Virus record (IMG/VR): IMGVR_UViG_3300037047_000288
Span: 1-39,428 of that record
Source of the DNA: a virus
Taxonomy: Duplodnaviria; Caudoviricetes
Reading direction: 5' to 3' (one strand)
DNA length: 39,428 nt
The position numbers and the translations under genes are program-made. The first letter of the stretch is position 1; every line of letters starts with the position of its first letter. Below, in pieces: positions 9,279 to 18,404 of this stretch. The notes under the pieces are model-generated. The model had not been told where the DNA came from. It saw only the letters and a list, made by a program, of their open reading frames with translations, and did not search any database.

Positions 9279-10391
9279 TTACTTGAATATCACGCCGGGA
9301 AGCGCTGCCCGAACCGTTGCATCCGGAGCAAGCGGCAGTCTGGCAGCGATAACACGTCCATGGTCAATGCCGGTAACAATAGCGTTGGCGAGGTTGCCCT
9401 GGTCGTCTTGCAGCTCCACGTCCTCGAACAGGATGCAGGCATACCGTGCCAGGATGTTGGCCACACCGGCGTCCACACCGCCAGCCAGGTTGGTTGGGGC
9501 CATAGCTGAGACAATACCGTTGCCTAGGGCACAACCCAGCTCTGCCGTAACCAACGTTACAGCGCCAAGCAGGATCTGTGCGACGACTTCCGCGACCACT
9601 TCCGCCGCCGTAGAAAGGATGGTCCCCGCCGCATCGGTTTGCAGTGTCACGGTAATGGCGTTCCCGGCTTCACCAACTGCCAGCGCAACTGGCCCGGGAC
9701 CCGGGTCGACATAAGCAATGGTCACCGCGTTGCCGGCCACACCGGGGGCGACCGCACGCCACCTGATAGCGGTCTCCAGATCAGGGATGCCGGCCAGCAG
9801 CCCCGCGACCGCGCCCGCGTTCCCGTCCACGCCGCCGGCCAGGGGAGCCATAGCCGCCGCCGCGACGACGTCCAGACCTGTGCCTGGAGCATCGGCCGTA
9901 ACGTCAGCACCGGCTGCAACGTTTATAGCCGCGAAAACATCGTTGGCAATAGAGGTGATAGCTCCTGCCGGTCCTGTAGCCAGTGACACGATGATGATCC
10001 CGCCGTCGTAGGTTACATGCAACTCCTGATCGAAGGCACCCGGGTCTATGAAGACAACCTGGATGTTATTCCCCGCGGCGCCCGCCACATTCGCTATAAT
10101 CCTGACCGCAGCATCACCGGCCCCGATAATCAACGAAGCCGCCACCGCCGCCACCGCCGGGCAGTACGCTTCGTACAGCCCCGTCCCGGGGTTTTCGCTG
10201 ATATAAGACCCCTGCAGCAGGATGAGCTTATTATCCCGGATGATCGCCTGGCCCTGCGAAGCCGCGCGGTTCGCGTCAACCTGTGTCGCGTCGATGGTCA
10301 GGCCGCCGCGAATAAACCGCTGGTGCGCGCTGTCGATAAACGGCACATGCCCCGCCCATTGTTCGGGGGTAAAAGTTAAATTGTAAGCCAT
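9279..10391 (-). CDS. Head decoration protein with two inserted ~100-aa repeats
   Basis: Lies between scaffold and MCP. Decoration-like ends (GGLTIDA..GLYEAY / CILFEDV..HGRVIAARLP) flank two AxxxGxAGN...LAGGVD repeats. Confidence 0.7.
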   Translation of the reverse strand: MAYNLTFTPEQWAGHVPFIDSAHQRFIRGGLTIDATQVDANRAASQGQAIIRDNKLILLQGSYISENPGTGLYEAYCPAVAAVAASLIIGAGDAAVRIIANVAGAAGNNIQVVFIDPGAFDQELHVTYDGGIIIVSLATGPAGAITSIANDVFAAINVAAGADVTADAPGTGLDVVAAAAMAPLAGGVDGNAGAVAGLLAGIPDLETAIRWRAVAPGVAGNAVTIAYVDPGPGPVALAVGEAGNAITVTLQTDAAGTILSTAAEVVAEVVAQILLGAVTLVTAELGCALGNGIVSAMAPTNLAGGVDAGVANILARYACILFEDVELQDDQGNLANAIVTGIDHGRVIAARLPLAPDATVRAALPGVIFK

Positions 10392-10425
10392 AATTGATCA
10401 CTCTCCTGTACAAATTTACAATCAA

Positions 10426-11208
10426 TTAACTGCTCTTTGCCCAGGGGTCCAACCCGCCTGACGCCTGAGCTTTTTTCGCCTTCATGCGATCTTCGGCCAG
10501 CTTCTTGCCCTCTTCCTCGGGGGTAAGGTTTCCGGCTTCTCCACCGCCGCCGGGGTTCGAAGAACTTCCGACGACGCCGGTTTTACCCAGTAAGTAAGCC
10601 TTCTCCTTCACCAGGGTCTCCGTCAGAGAGTCCAGGCCGGCCACGGGAGCATTGTCTTTCATGATCTGCTTACCATCCTTGTCCACTTGGAACACGGACA
10701 TAGACTCCAAGTCTACTTTCACCGAAGAGAAGTCGGCTAGCTTATAGGCATCTTCCAGGGCCTCTTTACGGATGCCCTGCTTTACAGCTGACGCGATAAA
10801 CGCAGCCTTCCTTAAGGCCTCCTGGGCCTTCTCCACAGTGACATTGCTGTTTGACGTCGCTTCTTTGACTTTGGCTGCAACGTCTTCCGGTTTAGCCTTC
10901 GAGGCATCCAGCCCCAATACACTGCAGACGCTCTCCAGGAACGTCTTGTTTTGACCCTCAAGGTCAGTAACCTTCTTGTTCGCTTCACCCAGCTGCGTCT
11001 TGAGTTTCTCGTTTTCTCCTTCAGCATCACGCAGTTTCGTGCGCCAACTGGCGTTCTCGTTACGAAGGTCCTGGACGTATTCTGCTGAGTACCCGCCGCC
11101 GCTTTTGGGGGGTGGATCGCCGTCAGCAAACAACTGAAGGTTAAAGGTTCTTACGTTTACTCTTTTGATCTCCTGGACCGGGTTTCTTTTCTTGGCCACC
11201 TGGGCCAC
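10426..11208 (-). CDS. Capsid scaffolding protein
   Basis: N-terminal FNLQLFA motif, YVQDLRNENASWR coiled coil and Gly-rich C-terminus. Confidence 0.85.
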   Translation of the reverse strand: MAQVAKKRNPVQEIKRVNVRTFNLQLFADGDPPPKSGGGYSAEYVQDLRNENASWRTKLRDAEGENEKLKTQLGEANKKVTDLEGQNKTFLESVCSVLGLDASKAKPEDVAAKVKEATSNSNVTVEKAQEALRKAAFIASAVKQGIRKEALEDAYKLADFSSVKVDLESMSVFQVDKDGKQIMKDNAPVAGLDSLTETLVKEKAYLLGKTGVVGSSSNPGGGGEAGNLTPEEEGKKLAEDRMKAKKAQASGGLDPWAKSS

Positions 11209-11224
11209 CTCCTAAAATTGATAT

Positions 11225-11253
11225 AAAATAAGCCCTCCTGGGGCTTTATTTTT
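11225..11253. terminator. Bidirectional terminator-like hairpin
   Basis: AAAATAAGCCC-TCCTG-GGGCTTTATTTTT. Confidence 0.55.
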
Positions 11254-11371
11254 CTGAGTCTTCGAGTCGTTCCGGCTCTTTCGTCAATCTCTTTAAGTGT
11301 CTCTCCATCTTCTTTAACCTGTCATCAATAGAATTCAGGGTTTTCAACATCTCTTTAAGAATTTTCTCCAT
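11246..11371 (-). CDS. Small coiled-coil protein (41 aa, not in the ORF track)
   Basis: GGAGGGAG RBS, then MEKILKEMLKTLNSIDDRLKKMERHLKRLTKEPERLEDSEK*. Confidence 0.6.
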   Translation of the reverse strand: MEKILKEMLKTLNSIDDRLKKMERHLKRLTKEPERLEDSEK

Positions 11372-11433
11372 AACTCCCTCCTTGCAGGCAATTTAACATG
11401 TCTGGAGAATTTTACCACCAGAGGTGTGTTTGT

Positions 11434-11766
11434 ATGGAATGGTATATGCCCCAGGACAAACTGGAAATAACTGTAGGCATTAATCACAGACTTTGGATAC
11501 TCAACCAAAAAGGTATGGTCCCTACTCTCATCCGCTTGGGGCGGGAACATACCCGGCTGTTCCTTAAAGAAGCCGGTATGTCACATATCCCCAGTAGCAA
11601 GCCTGAACGAATTATCCACCAAAATCTTTATTGGAGTGATGACCTAAAATGCTTTTGCTACAGCAAACGAATGATCCCCATAAAGTTCAATGACCGAAAA
11701 ATATACGGTATCGCTGCGGAGGGCGTGCCGAAACCGGAAAAGCCTAAAAAGAAAAGCACCGGTTAG
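11434..11766 (+). CDS. Hypothetical moron protein
   Basis: GAGGTG RBS before ATG 11434; about 110 aa, basic; antisense to the head operon; ends in a hairpin. Confidence 0.65.
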   Translation: MEWYMPQDKLEITVGINHRLWILNQKGMVPTLIRLGREHTRLFLKEAGMSHIPSSKPERIIHQNLYWSDDLKCFCYSKRMIPIKFNDRKIYGIAAEGVPKPEKPKKKSTG

Positions 11767-11774
11767 GGTGCTTT
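11753..11774. terminator. Hairpin between convergent genes
   Basis: AAAGCACC-GGTTAG-GGTGCTTT with A/T-rich flanks. Confidence 0.55.
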
Positions 11775-11921
11775 CTACTTTTCTTTTGCAGGCTCAGCCG
11801 GATATTCTCCGTAGACCTTGAAGTATTTCTCCCGATATTCTTGCCAATACTCTTCCCAGCTTTGATTATAAGAGGGAGTGGCATCTACGAGATCGAGGCC
11901 TATTGAATTTTCCTTACTCAC
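11775..11921 (-). CDS. Small acidic/aromatic protein (48 aa), candidate immunity protein
   Basis: GTG start overlaps the minor capsid stop (GTGAGTAA), AGGAG upstream; MSKENSIGLDLVDATPSYNQSWEEYWQEYREKYFKVYGEYPAEPAKEK*. Confidence 0.55.
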   Translation of the reverse strand: MSKENSIGLDLVDATPSYNQSWEEYWQEYREKYFKVYGEYPAEPAKEK

Positions 11922-13323
11922 CTGGCATCACTCTCCTGTACTCCCAACCAAAATTTTTAGATAAATCGCTCACAGCTTGGTGTGTATGCTCTTTCCACGC
12001 TTCGCCCGGCGCCATTTTCCCAGATTGAACCAAGCTGTTGTAGTGATTATAGTATTTCTTGACCATTGCATTTAATGTGCCTTTAATTTCAGCCGGACTT
12101 GGCGTTTGCCCACTCCCTATGCTCACAACATATCTTGTCCCGTCATGGCCAATTACAGCTATGGTTTTTATCGAATCAAACCTTGAAAGTATAATCAAAT
12201 CTTCTGCCGAAAAACTGCTGCTACTTGGATGGTTGTGAATCGACACTATGCTGTTAGCTTTTGCTTGCTCAAGAAAAGTTATCAGCTGCGGAGGAAATTG
12301 GACATAGTCCTTTCCTCCCTCTACTATTGAGTATACTTCATGCCCGGTTTTAGCGTCAACAGTCAGCAGGCATTCCCGCTTATTTATTAAGCCAAAATTA
12401 ATGGCTTTTTCAAAAGCATTTGCCAGTCCCTTTTTCCCTGCTTCATCGAACCCCTGAATTTCCGTGTAATACTGTGGCTTGCTTTCTGCCGGTTCGCCTT
12501 CCAGTTCCTCGATTTCTTTATCCAGGTCAATATGCAACCCGTAAGCATGACGGCAATTTGGATGAAAGAGACCGGCCGCTTTTGCCTCTTCCAGCGTTGG
12601 ATAACCCGGCGTTTTCCCGGTAATACTTAAAATTTTCCCCTGCCATGGCTGGCATAATTTACATGCTCCGGCATGGGTACTCACCTTCACCAGGTCATGA
12701 CCGTGCTCTACCAAACGGTTGGCCGTCCCCTGCAGGTGGGCCTCCATGGTGCTGGTCCTAGCCACCATCTCCGCGTAGGTCCGCATATTCCATTCCCGTT
12801 TAGCTGCGTCCTGGAAGCCTGTTACTCCCCGCTCGGCCAGTTGCTCCCGGTACCGCCTGGCCACCTGCTGCCATGTATCATAACCAGCCACGCTCCCGCG
12901 GATATTCTCCAGTGCCAGGTCACGATAGAGGCCTTCTGTCCGGCGCCCGATCAACTGCGCCACGCTGTCCAGCCGTTGAAATGTGTTCTCCGCCAGCACC
13001 TGGGCCGCCTGCTGGTGGATAGCGCCGAAGCCACCGATGATACTTTGCCCCTGAGCCTTGATCATCATGTCGGCCGTGGCAGCGCCCTTTGTGTAGACCC
13101 TGGAGATTGCTTCCTCTGTCCAGGTTCGGGAGCCGGCTCGTAGATCCGCCAGAATGGCCTCGATATTTTTTTTTGTCTGGGCCAGGTATTCCGTTTTGTT
13201 GCCTCGTAGGAGGGCCCGGTTAAGCCGGTCCAGGATCTCCCGCTCCGCTTCAGTGTAAAACTTCACCAGCCGCTCCGCTTCAGCTTCGCTAAAACGAGTT
13301 AATTCTTTCCTGGGATCGGCCAT
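11914..13323 (-). CDS. Minor capsid (MuF-like) protein with C-terminal JAB/MPN-like domain
   Basis: Follows the portal. YAEMVART, C..C.PWQGK and LFHPNCRH motifs, then an extension of about 190 aa with E...HNHPSSSSFSAED. Confidence 0.85.
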   Translation of the reverse strand: MADPRKELTRFSEAEAERLVKFYTEAEREILDRLNRALLRGNKTEYLAQTKKNIEAILADLRAGSRTWTEEAISRVYTKGAATADMMIKAQGQSIIGGFGAIHQQAAQVLAENTFQRLDSVAQLIGRRTEGLYRDLALENIRGSVAGYDTWQQVARRYREQLAERGVTGFQDAAKREWNMRTYAEMVARTSTMEAHLQGTANRLVEHGHDLVKVSTHAGACKLCQPWQGKILSITGKTPGYPTLEEAKAAGLFHPNCRHAYGLHIDLDKEIEELEGEPAESKPQYYTEIQGFDEAGKKGLANAFEKAINFGLINKRECLLTVDAKTGHEVYSIVEGGKDYVQFPPQLITFLEQAKANSIVSIHNHPSSSSFSAEDLIILSRFDSIKTIAVIGHDGTRYVVSIGSGQTPSPAEIKGTLNAMVKKYYNHYNSLVQSGKMAPGEAWKEHTHQAVSDLSKNFGWEYRRVMPGE

Positions 13324-14798
13324 CAGGCCTCACCTTCTCCCGTGGAGGGAGGCAACGTTATCCGCGGTCCATTTGCCTCGCCAGCCCCGGCGCCCTCATC
13401 CTCTTCGATCTCCGCCAGCTCGTCCTCCAGGTCCTGGCCAGTCAGCCCGTCCAGCCGGCGGACAGCACTCCTGACACTGCTGGTAGCCTTACCGCCGGTA
13501 CGGGTACCTTCAATCTGCGCGGCTTCCAGCGGATCCTCGGGCAAACCGTCTTTCCACTCTATCCGCACATCGTCCGGCTCCGTGCCACGGCCATGGACGG
13601 ACTGCAGGTACTGGGCAGCATACAGGATGTTTCTCAGCGCCTGGTCGAAGTAGAGCTTTTTGCGGTTGATCTTGGCCAGCAGCCGAATTAGGCGGAACTT
13701 AAGGGCACGGCCTGATTCTGCACGGCCGCCTGTTTCCCCCAGCCCAAAGGCATCCGGGCTCGTCTCGCTGATCATGAACGCCAGCTCCAGGAGTTTCTCA
13801 ATCTGCTTGAACGCGGCTTCCAGCTGGGCATCCCAGGTCAGGTACCGTGGCAGGTCACCAATATTCTCCGCGGACGGATCCACTTCCAGCGCTTCCAGAT
13901 CCTCTTTCTCAACATACCAGCGCTGGGTCCGCTCGTCGAACTTCATGATGCCGGGTGGCAGAATCAGCCGCGGGGATTCGTGCTTGTCCAGGACCCGACT
14001 GATCCGGCTCACACGGTTGTTCATCTCATCAAAGATGCCTTCGAGGTCATAGTAATCATTGATGCCCCAGAATTCGTCATCAAGGCGCCAGTTGGGCACA
14101 AATTCAAACAGCAGCCCTGGGTACCCGGTCTCCTGAGCATCCTCCAACTCTGCGTATTCCGGGAACATGCGTAACGGCACCCGCTGGCTAATTTTATTGC
14201 CATCCAGGAGCCAGAGTTCGTTCTCGATCCGGGCGGGCAGCTGCCGCTCAAGGCGTAGGTATTTCTTGTCATCAGGCGCCGTCTTAACCCAGCCGAACAC
14301 ACCACCCTGCAGGCCGCGGACATTGTCATCGTGGAGAATCGGCCAGAAGATGCCGGGGGACGCCGATTCGATGATGGCGTGTTCTTTGTCGGCCCAATCC
14401 CCGAATTTGCCGAAACGGGCTTTGTAGATTGTCTCACCGCGCCAGCTGGATGAAAGCGCCATTTCATAGTTGAGGGACAGCAGGTTATTGTCGGTAACAA
14501 TCGTGTTCAGGTTCTCCTGTTCCTTGCTGTCTTCCTCACCACAGACAAAGCGGGACGCCTCGCCAAAGAGCATATCGGCTGACACTTTGGAAAGCAGGCC
14601 GGCGAAGTTACAAACCACATAAACCAGGGTCTTGTCGGCCTGCCGGTCAAGCCAGGCCTGGACCCGCTCAAAGACTTCGTGATGCTTGCCCTTAAATAAA
14701 AGACGCGCTCTGGAGTAATTTTCCAAGCGCGCTTTTGTAACTGGATCATCCGGGGGCCAGGAGTCGTACTCGTGGCGACCGATTTGGATGTAGGGCAC
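13323..14798 (-). CDS. Portal protein (SPP1-like)
   Basis: 491 aa after the terminase; YLTWDAQLEA and AESGRALKFRL motifs. Confidence 0.9.
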   Translation of the reverse strand: MPYIQIGRHEYDSWPPDDPVTKARLENYSRARLLFKGKHHEVFERVQAWLDRQADKTLVYVVCNFAGLLSKVSADMLFGEASRFVCGEEDSKEQENLNTIVTDNNLLSLNYEMALSSSWRGETIYKARFGKFGDWADKEHAIIESASPGIFWPILHDDNVRGLQGGVFGWVKTAPDDKKYLRLERQLPARIENELWLLDGNKISQRVPLRMFPEYAELEDAQETGYPGLLFEFVPNWRLDDEFWGINDYYDLEGIFDEMNNRVSRISRVLDKHESPRLILPPGIMKFDERTQRWYVEKEDLEALEVDPSAENIGDLPRYLTWDAQLEAAFKQIEKLLELAFMISETSPDAFGLGETGGRAESGRALKFRLIRLLAKINRKKLYFDQALRNILYAAQYLQSVHGRGTEPDDVRIEWKDGLPEDPLEAAQIEGTRTGGKATSSVRSAVRRLDGLTGQDLEDELAEIEEDEGAGAGEANGPRITLPPSTGEGEA

Positions 14799-14840
14799 TG
14801 CTCTGCCTCCTCTTTACTCCCCATCTGCGACCGATATAAA

Positions 14841-16136
14841 CTAAAAACCCCAGGGCTTTGGGCCCAGGGTGCGGGCTGCGGGGCCTCTGCCAAACCTGGT
14901 ATAAATCATATACCGATTCCGGTCCATCGCGTGATCGTTCTGCTTGAGCGGTTTATCCTCGCCGCGGTCCTGTGCTTTCGGGTCCCAGACATAGGATGTG
15001 ATTTCCTGCTGTGTGGCCGTGCAGCTGCGGTCAATAAAGAATCTCTGGTTACTTAAGAAGCTGGCCACGAGACGAATGCCGTTGATCACGTCGTTGTCCG
15101 CATCGTGAACCTGACTGTAGCCTCTTTTACGCAATTCAGTCTTGAAGCTGGCCGCTGACGGGTCCAAATAAATATTCCTGGGGTGAATATCATCCAGGAA
15201 CTTTTTAAATTCATCAGCAAACTCGCTGTCCGTTTTTTGCCGTCCTTTTTTCTTGGCATCGTAGTAATATTCACGCAGCAGATAGACCACGCCATTCGTT
15301 ATCCCGTACAGCCCGAATGTCATGACGGTGGCCGTCGCGTAGTCGATTGCGACATCGTATTCCCTGTGTCTGTCCGGACAATCTATGGCATGGACGTTCT
15401 CGTCAAACATGTCATAGATGATGCCCTCGGCCATCACCCAAAGGCCGAGGATGAACCGCTTATAAAAAACCCCACTGTACAGCCGGCGGTACCGGGCTCT
15501 GACCTTTTCGGACAGGCTCGGGTTATCGTCCATCGTAAAATGGAGATGGAACGCATTCTTCTGCGCGAGTTGCTCCAGCCATTCCAACTTAAACCAGTGG
15601 AACGGGCCTTCCGGGTTGCAGTTGAACCAGAGCTTGGCCCCCTCGACAGAGCAGCGGGCAGTAGCCTGACTTACAAACGACTGCGGCATCAACGCTACTT
15701 CGTCGAAGAGCATCCCGGCGAGAGTGACGCCCTGGATCAGGTCCTGTGAGCGCTCGTCTTTGCCGCCGAACAGGTAAAACGTATTGGTACGACCTTTGTA
15801 CGTAACAGTCAGGTAGTTGTCTGCCCGGTGATCCTGGAACGCGATCCCGCGGCCGCGCAGGATTCGCTTCAGCGGCTGCACCACATTCCGGCGCAGTGCG
15901 CCGATGGTTTTCCCCGACATGCCGAGGTTCTCGCCGTCGAAGGTGGCCATCGCCCACATGACATAAGAGAAGGCCATGATTACGGTCTTGCCGGCGCGGA
16001 CTGAGCCGTCACAGATGATAGCGTCTTTATCACAGACCGGCGACTTCGGCATCCACCAGGTGAGGACTCGCAGCTGCTTCCGGGTAAACGGCGCCCACTT
16101 GAACGGTGCCAGCTTAAGCTTCGGCATCGTCATCAC
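14841..16136 (-). CDS. terL: Terminase large subunit (PBSX-type)
   Basis: Walker A DGSVRAGKT, Walker B LFDEV, NCNP, DPSAASF and DHAMD motifs. Confidence 0.95.
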   Translation of the reverse strand: MMTMPKLKLAPFKWAPFTRKQLRVLTWWMPKSPVCDKDAIICDGSVRAGKTVIMAFSYVMWAMATFDGENLGMSGKTIGALRRNVVQPLKRILRGRGIAFQDHRADNYLTVTYKGRTNTFYLFGGKDERSQDLIQGVTLAGMLFDEVALMPQSFVSQATARCSVEGAKLWFNCNPEGPFHWFKLEWLEQLAQKNAFHLHFTMDDNPSLSEKVRARYRRLYSGVFYKRFILGLWVMAEGIIYDMFDENVHAIDCPDRHREYDVAIDYATATVMTFGLYGITNGVVYLLREYYYDAKKKGRQKTDSEFADEFKKFLDDIHPRNIYLDPSAASFKTELRKRGYSQVHDADNDVINGIRLVASFLSNQRFFIDRSCTATQQEITSYVWDPKAQDRGEDKPLKQNDHAMDRNRYMIYTRFGRGPAARTLGPKPWGF

Positions 16137-17043
16137 CGTCTTCGTAACCGTCCCAGGCGTCTTCTAACTTGCCTTCCAGGGCTTCCATGAAACCGTCATC
16201 CTGGGTATCTTCCGGTTCTCCAACCTTGGCTTTTTCGAGGGAAAGCTTCTCCCGGTCGAGTTTCAGGCGCTCTTCTTCGATCTTTCGTTTCCATTTATCC
16301 GGTAACAGGTCAAAATAGCGCTCCAGCTTCTCCAGTGCCTTCATCTTGTCCGCAAACTTGATCTTAACTCCGTCTTTGCCCTGCGACACTTCGGTTATGA
16401 TGCTGCCGTCGAGGTGGGAGCTGTCCTTGAAGTCCACAAAATTAACGATTTTTGTGACCGGTTTTTTGTTCTTGCCCTTGCCTTCGTAAAGCGGGCCGAA
16501 TGGTCCAACGACATGAACTTCTTTTTGGCCGAATGTCACGAAGTCAGTCGGATCAGAACACGCAATTTTCAGGTAGAGTTGGAGGATGTCCATGGCGTCG
16601 ACGAGAAGTCCCTCGGCCATATGCCCTTTAAGCAGCTTGATATATTCGCGAACCCTAGCATTTCCTAACAGTCTCGGTCCCGTTACGTGAGCACTGTCCT
16701 TCGCATATCCGGCTTTAATCGCCGCCATCGTAGCATTGAAGCACTTTACGTAATAAAGACAAAAGAGCCGCTGTTTCTCGGTTAATTCAGACTCTTCAGC
16801 AGTAATGACCTCTTGCTCCTTTGAGGAGCCCTTATTTGCTTTTTTCTTATTCGGAGCGTTCCGTATTTTCTTTCGGAGCGTTCCGTTTAATTGCCCTTCC
16901 CAATCATCCTTGGCTTTCCACCCGCGGACCGACCCTTCGGGCTGGCCGAGTTGATTAGAAATATCCTTAAGCGGCATCTGTCCGCCGCTTTCTTTCCACA
17001 ACTCAAACGCCTTATCTCGCTCTGGGCTGCGTGCTCTGGCCAC
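16114..17043 (-). CDS. terS: Terminase small subunit
   Basis: N-terminal HTH (VRGWKAKDDW), LTEKQRLFCLYY..NATMAAIKAGY and DKMKALEKL motifs. Confidence 0.9.
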   Translation of the reverse strand: MARARSPERDKAFELWKESGGQMPLKDISNQLGQPEGSVRGWKAKDDWEGQLNGTLRKKIRNAPNKKKANKGSSKEQEVITAEESELTEKQRLFCLYYVKCFNATMAAIKAGYAKDSAHVTGPRLLGNARVREYIKLLKGHMAEGLLVDAMDILQLYLKIACSDPTDFVTFGQKEVHVVGPFGPLYEGKGKNKKPVTKIVNFVDFKDSSHLDGSIITEVSQGKDGVKIKFADKMKALEKLERYFDLLPDKWKRKIEEERLKLDREKLSLEKAKVGEPEDTQDDGFMEALEGKLEDAWDGYEDGDDDAEA

Positions 17044-17095
17044 TACATATCACCCACCTCCACGGCGGTTTTATGGTAAAAAAAAGCCCGGATGC

Positions 17096-17377
17096 TCATG
17101 AAAATTTTAACTTATTATCACTAAGCACTTGGTGTAAAGAAAACCCTAAAACTGTTAACTTATCATGCGGTATTCCCAACTCCAGATATCCATTAAGCGC
17201 TTCAAGTATTTCATGCAACAGTGTCTCAGTCTTTTTACTATCAGGGAGAGATTGATCTATCGTTATTTTTTGCTCCATAAACGAATACTCGCCAAATTTA
17301 TCTCTATTTGAAGCCAAGCTGCTCTTTTCTTTAACCGTTACTGTAAGTCCACCAATTTTTAGAGAATTCGGAATCAA
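17096..17377 (-). CDS. Small phage protein with degenerate HExxH-like motif
   Basis: IPNSLKIGG..ITID..ETLLHEILEAL. Confidence 0.65.
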   Translation of the reverse strand: MIPNSLKIGGLTVTVKEKSSLASNRDKFGEYSFMEQKITIDQSLPDSKKTETLLHEILEALNGYLELGIPHDKLTVLGFSLHQVLSDNKLKFS

Positions 17378-17448
17378 TATTACGCCTCCTGTCGAATTAT
17401 GCTATAATAGAGTTGGCTATTGGCAAAATTTACAAGGAAGTGATTTAC

Positions 17449-17637
17449 ATGAGCAAAGATAAACTCTATAAACCCGGAGAAAAAGTTCCTCGTTCCGGAC
17501 AAACTGAAATCGTGGGACCAAGAGGCGGAAAAACTGGTGAAGGAGAAAGGACCGTAGTCAGAGACGAACGCTTTCCTCCTACACCAAAAACAGGGCAAAA
17601 ACATAAAATCGTTGACCCAACTAAACATAAGAAATAA
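17449..17637 (+). CDS. YjzC-like small protein
   Basis: YKPGEKVPRSG..GPRGG..ERFPPTP signature; AGGAAGTG RBS; antisense moron. Confidence 0.75.
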   Translation: MSKDKLYKPGEKVPRSGQTEIVGPRGGKTGEGERTVVRDERFPPTPKTGQKHKIVDPTKHKK

Positions 17638-17682
17638 ATCAATTGGGGCGCCAATAGCCTTTTTTTATTTTATGGCTAAAAG

Positions 17683-17716
17683 AAAAGAGCCCAGGGGCTC
17701 TTTTAATGTTTTTTTG
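17683..17716. terminator. Bidirectional rho-independent terminator
   Basis: AAAAGAGCCC-AG-GGGCTCTTTT followed by T tracts, between convergent genes. Confidence 0.7.
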
Positions 17717-17917
17717 TTAAACTTGCTGGATCCACTCTTCAATTAAGCGCCAACCTTCATCTCTTGAAACATCGTCCCATACTGTAACGGTATTGCCCAT
17801 AACACTCGCATTGCTTATAGTTGGTATTTCAGTAATAAAAGCACAACCATTTACAAAGTTGCCAATATAGATTTTATCTTTTCCGTATTTTATTACCTTA
17901 ACTTCAGGTTTACTCAT
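17717..17917 (-). CDS. Hypothetical protein
   Basis: GGAGGTG RBS before MSKPEVK. Confidence 0.55.
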   Translation of the reverse strand: MSKPEVKVIKYGKDKIYIGNFVNGCAFITEIPTISNASVMGNTVTVWDDVSRDEGWRLIEEWIQQV

Positions 17918-18008
17918 CCTATCACCTCCCTTCCAGCTTCCATAATTCGCCAAAAGGAAGGTTTTTCCTGCAAAACAAAAACACCGCCCAGGGCGACGCT
18001 GTTTCTTT

Positions 18009-18404
18009 TTAAAATAACATTGATTCTATTTCATCTTTCACAATAGCTACGCATTTATCTGGATCAAACAATATTACTTCATCCTTTAGTCTGACAACAC
18101 GCCAACCGTATTTCCAAAGCAACTCATCACGTTTTTTATCCCGACATTTTTGAATTGTAGTATTATGGTTTTTACCATCACACTCAACAACTATTTTAGC
18201 TTTTGGGAATGCAAAATCAACTGCTATAGTTTTGCCCTTTAATCTGAATTTGTATTGAGGAAACGGCACAAGACCACATAGGATAAAAGCAGCGTAGAGT
18301 TTTTTTTCGGCCGGTGTTCTTGGTCCATCATTATTTAAGAGGTTTTCCGACAACGATCCAATTTCATTATACGTGGTATCGGTAATTTTTGTCAAGTATT
18401 TCAC
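18009..18404 (-). CDS. DUF559/Vsr-like PD-(D/E)XK endonuclease
   Basis: TPAEKKL, VDFAF, VVECDG..H and RDELL...GWRVVR motifs; AT-rich. Confidence 0.85.
   Translation of the reverse strand: MKYLTKITDTTYNEIGSLSENLLNNDGPRTPAEKKLYAAFILCGLVPFPQYKFRLKGKTIAVDFAFPKAKIVVECDGKNHNTTIQKCRDKKRDELLWKYGWRVVRLKDEVILFDPDKCVAIVKDEIESMLF

Noticed and set aside
11344-11550. 68-aa minus-strand ORF
   Set aside because: Overlaps the better-supported RBS-led + strand gene and the 41-aa ORF.
13342-15957. Many overlapping ORFs on both strands over portal and terminase
   Set aside because: Expected shadows in GC-rich coding DNA; unlike the nested HNH they have no recognisable motifs.
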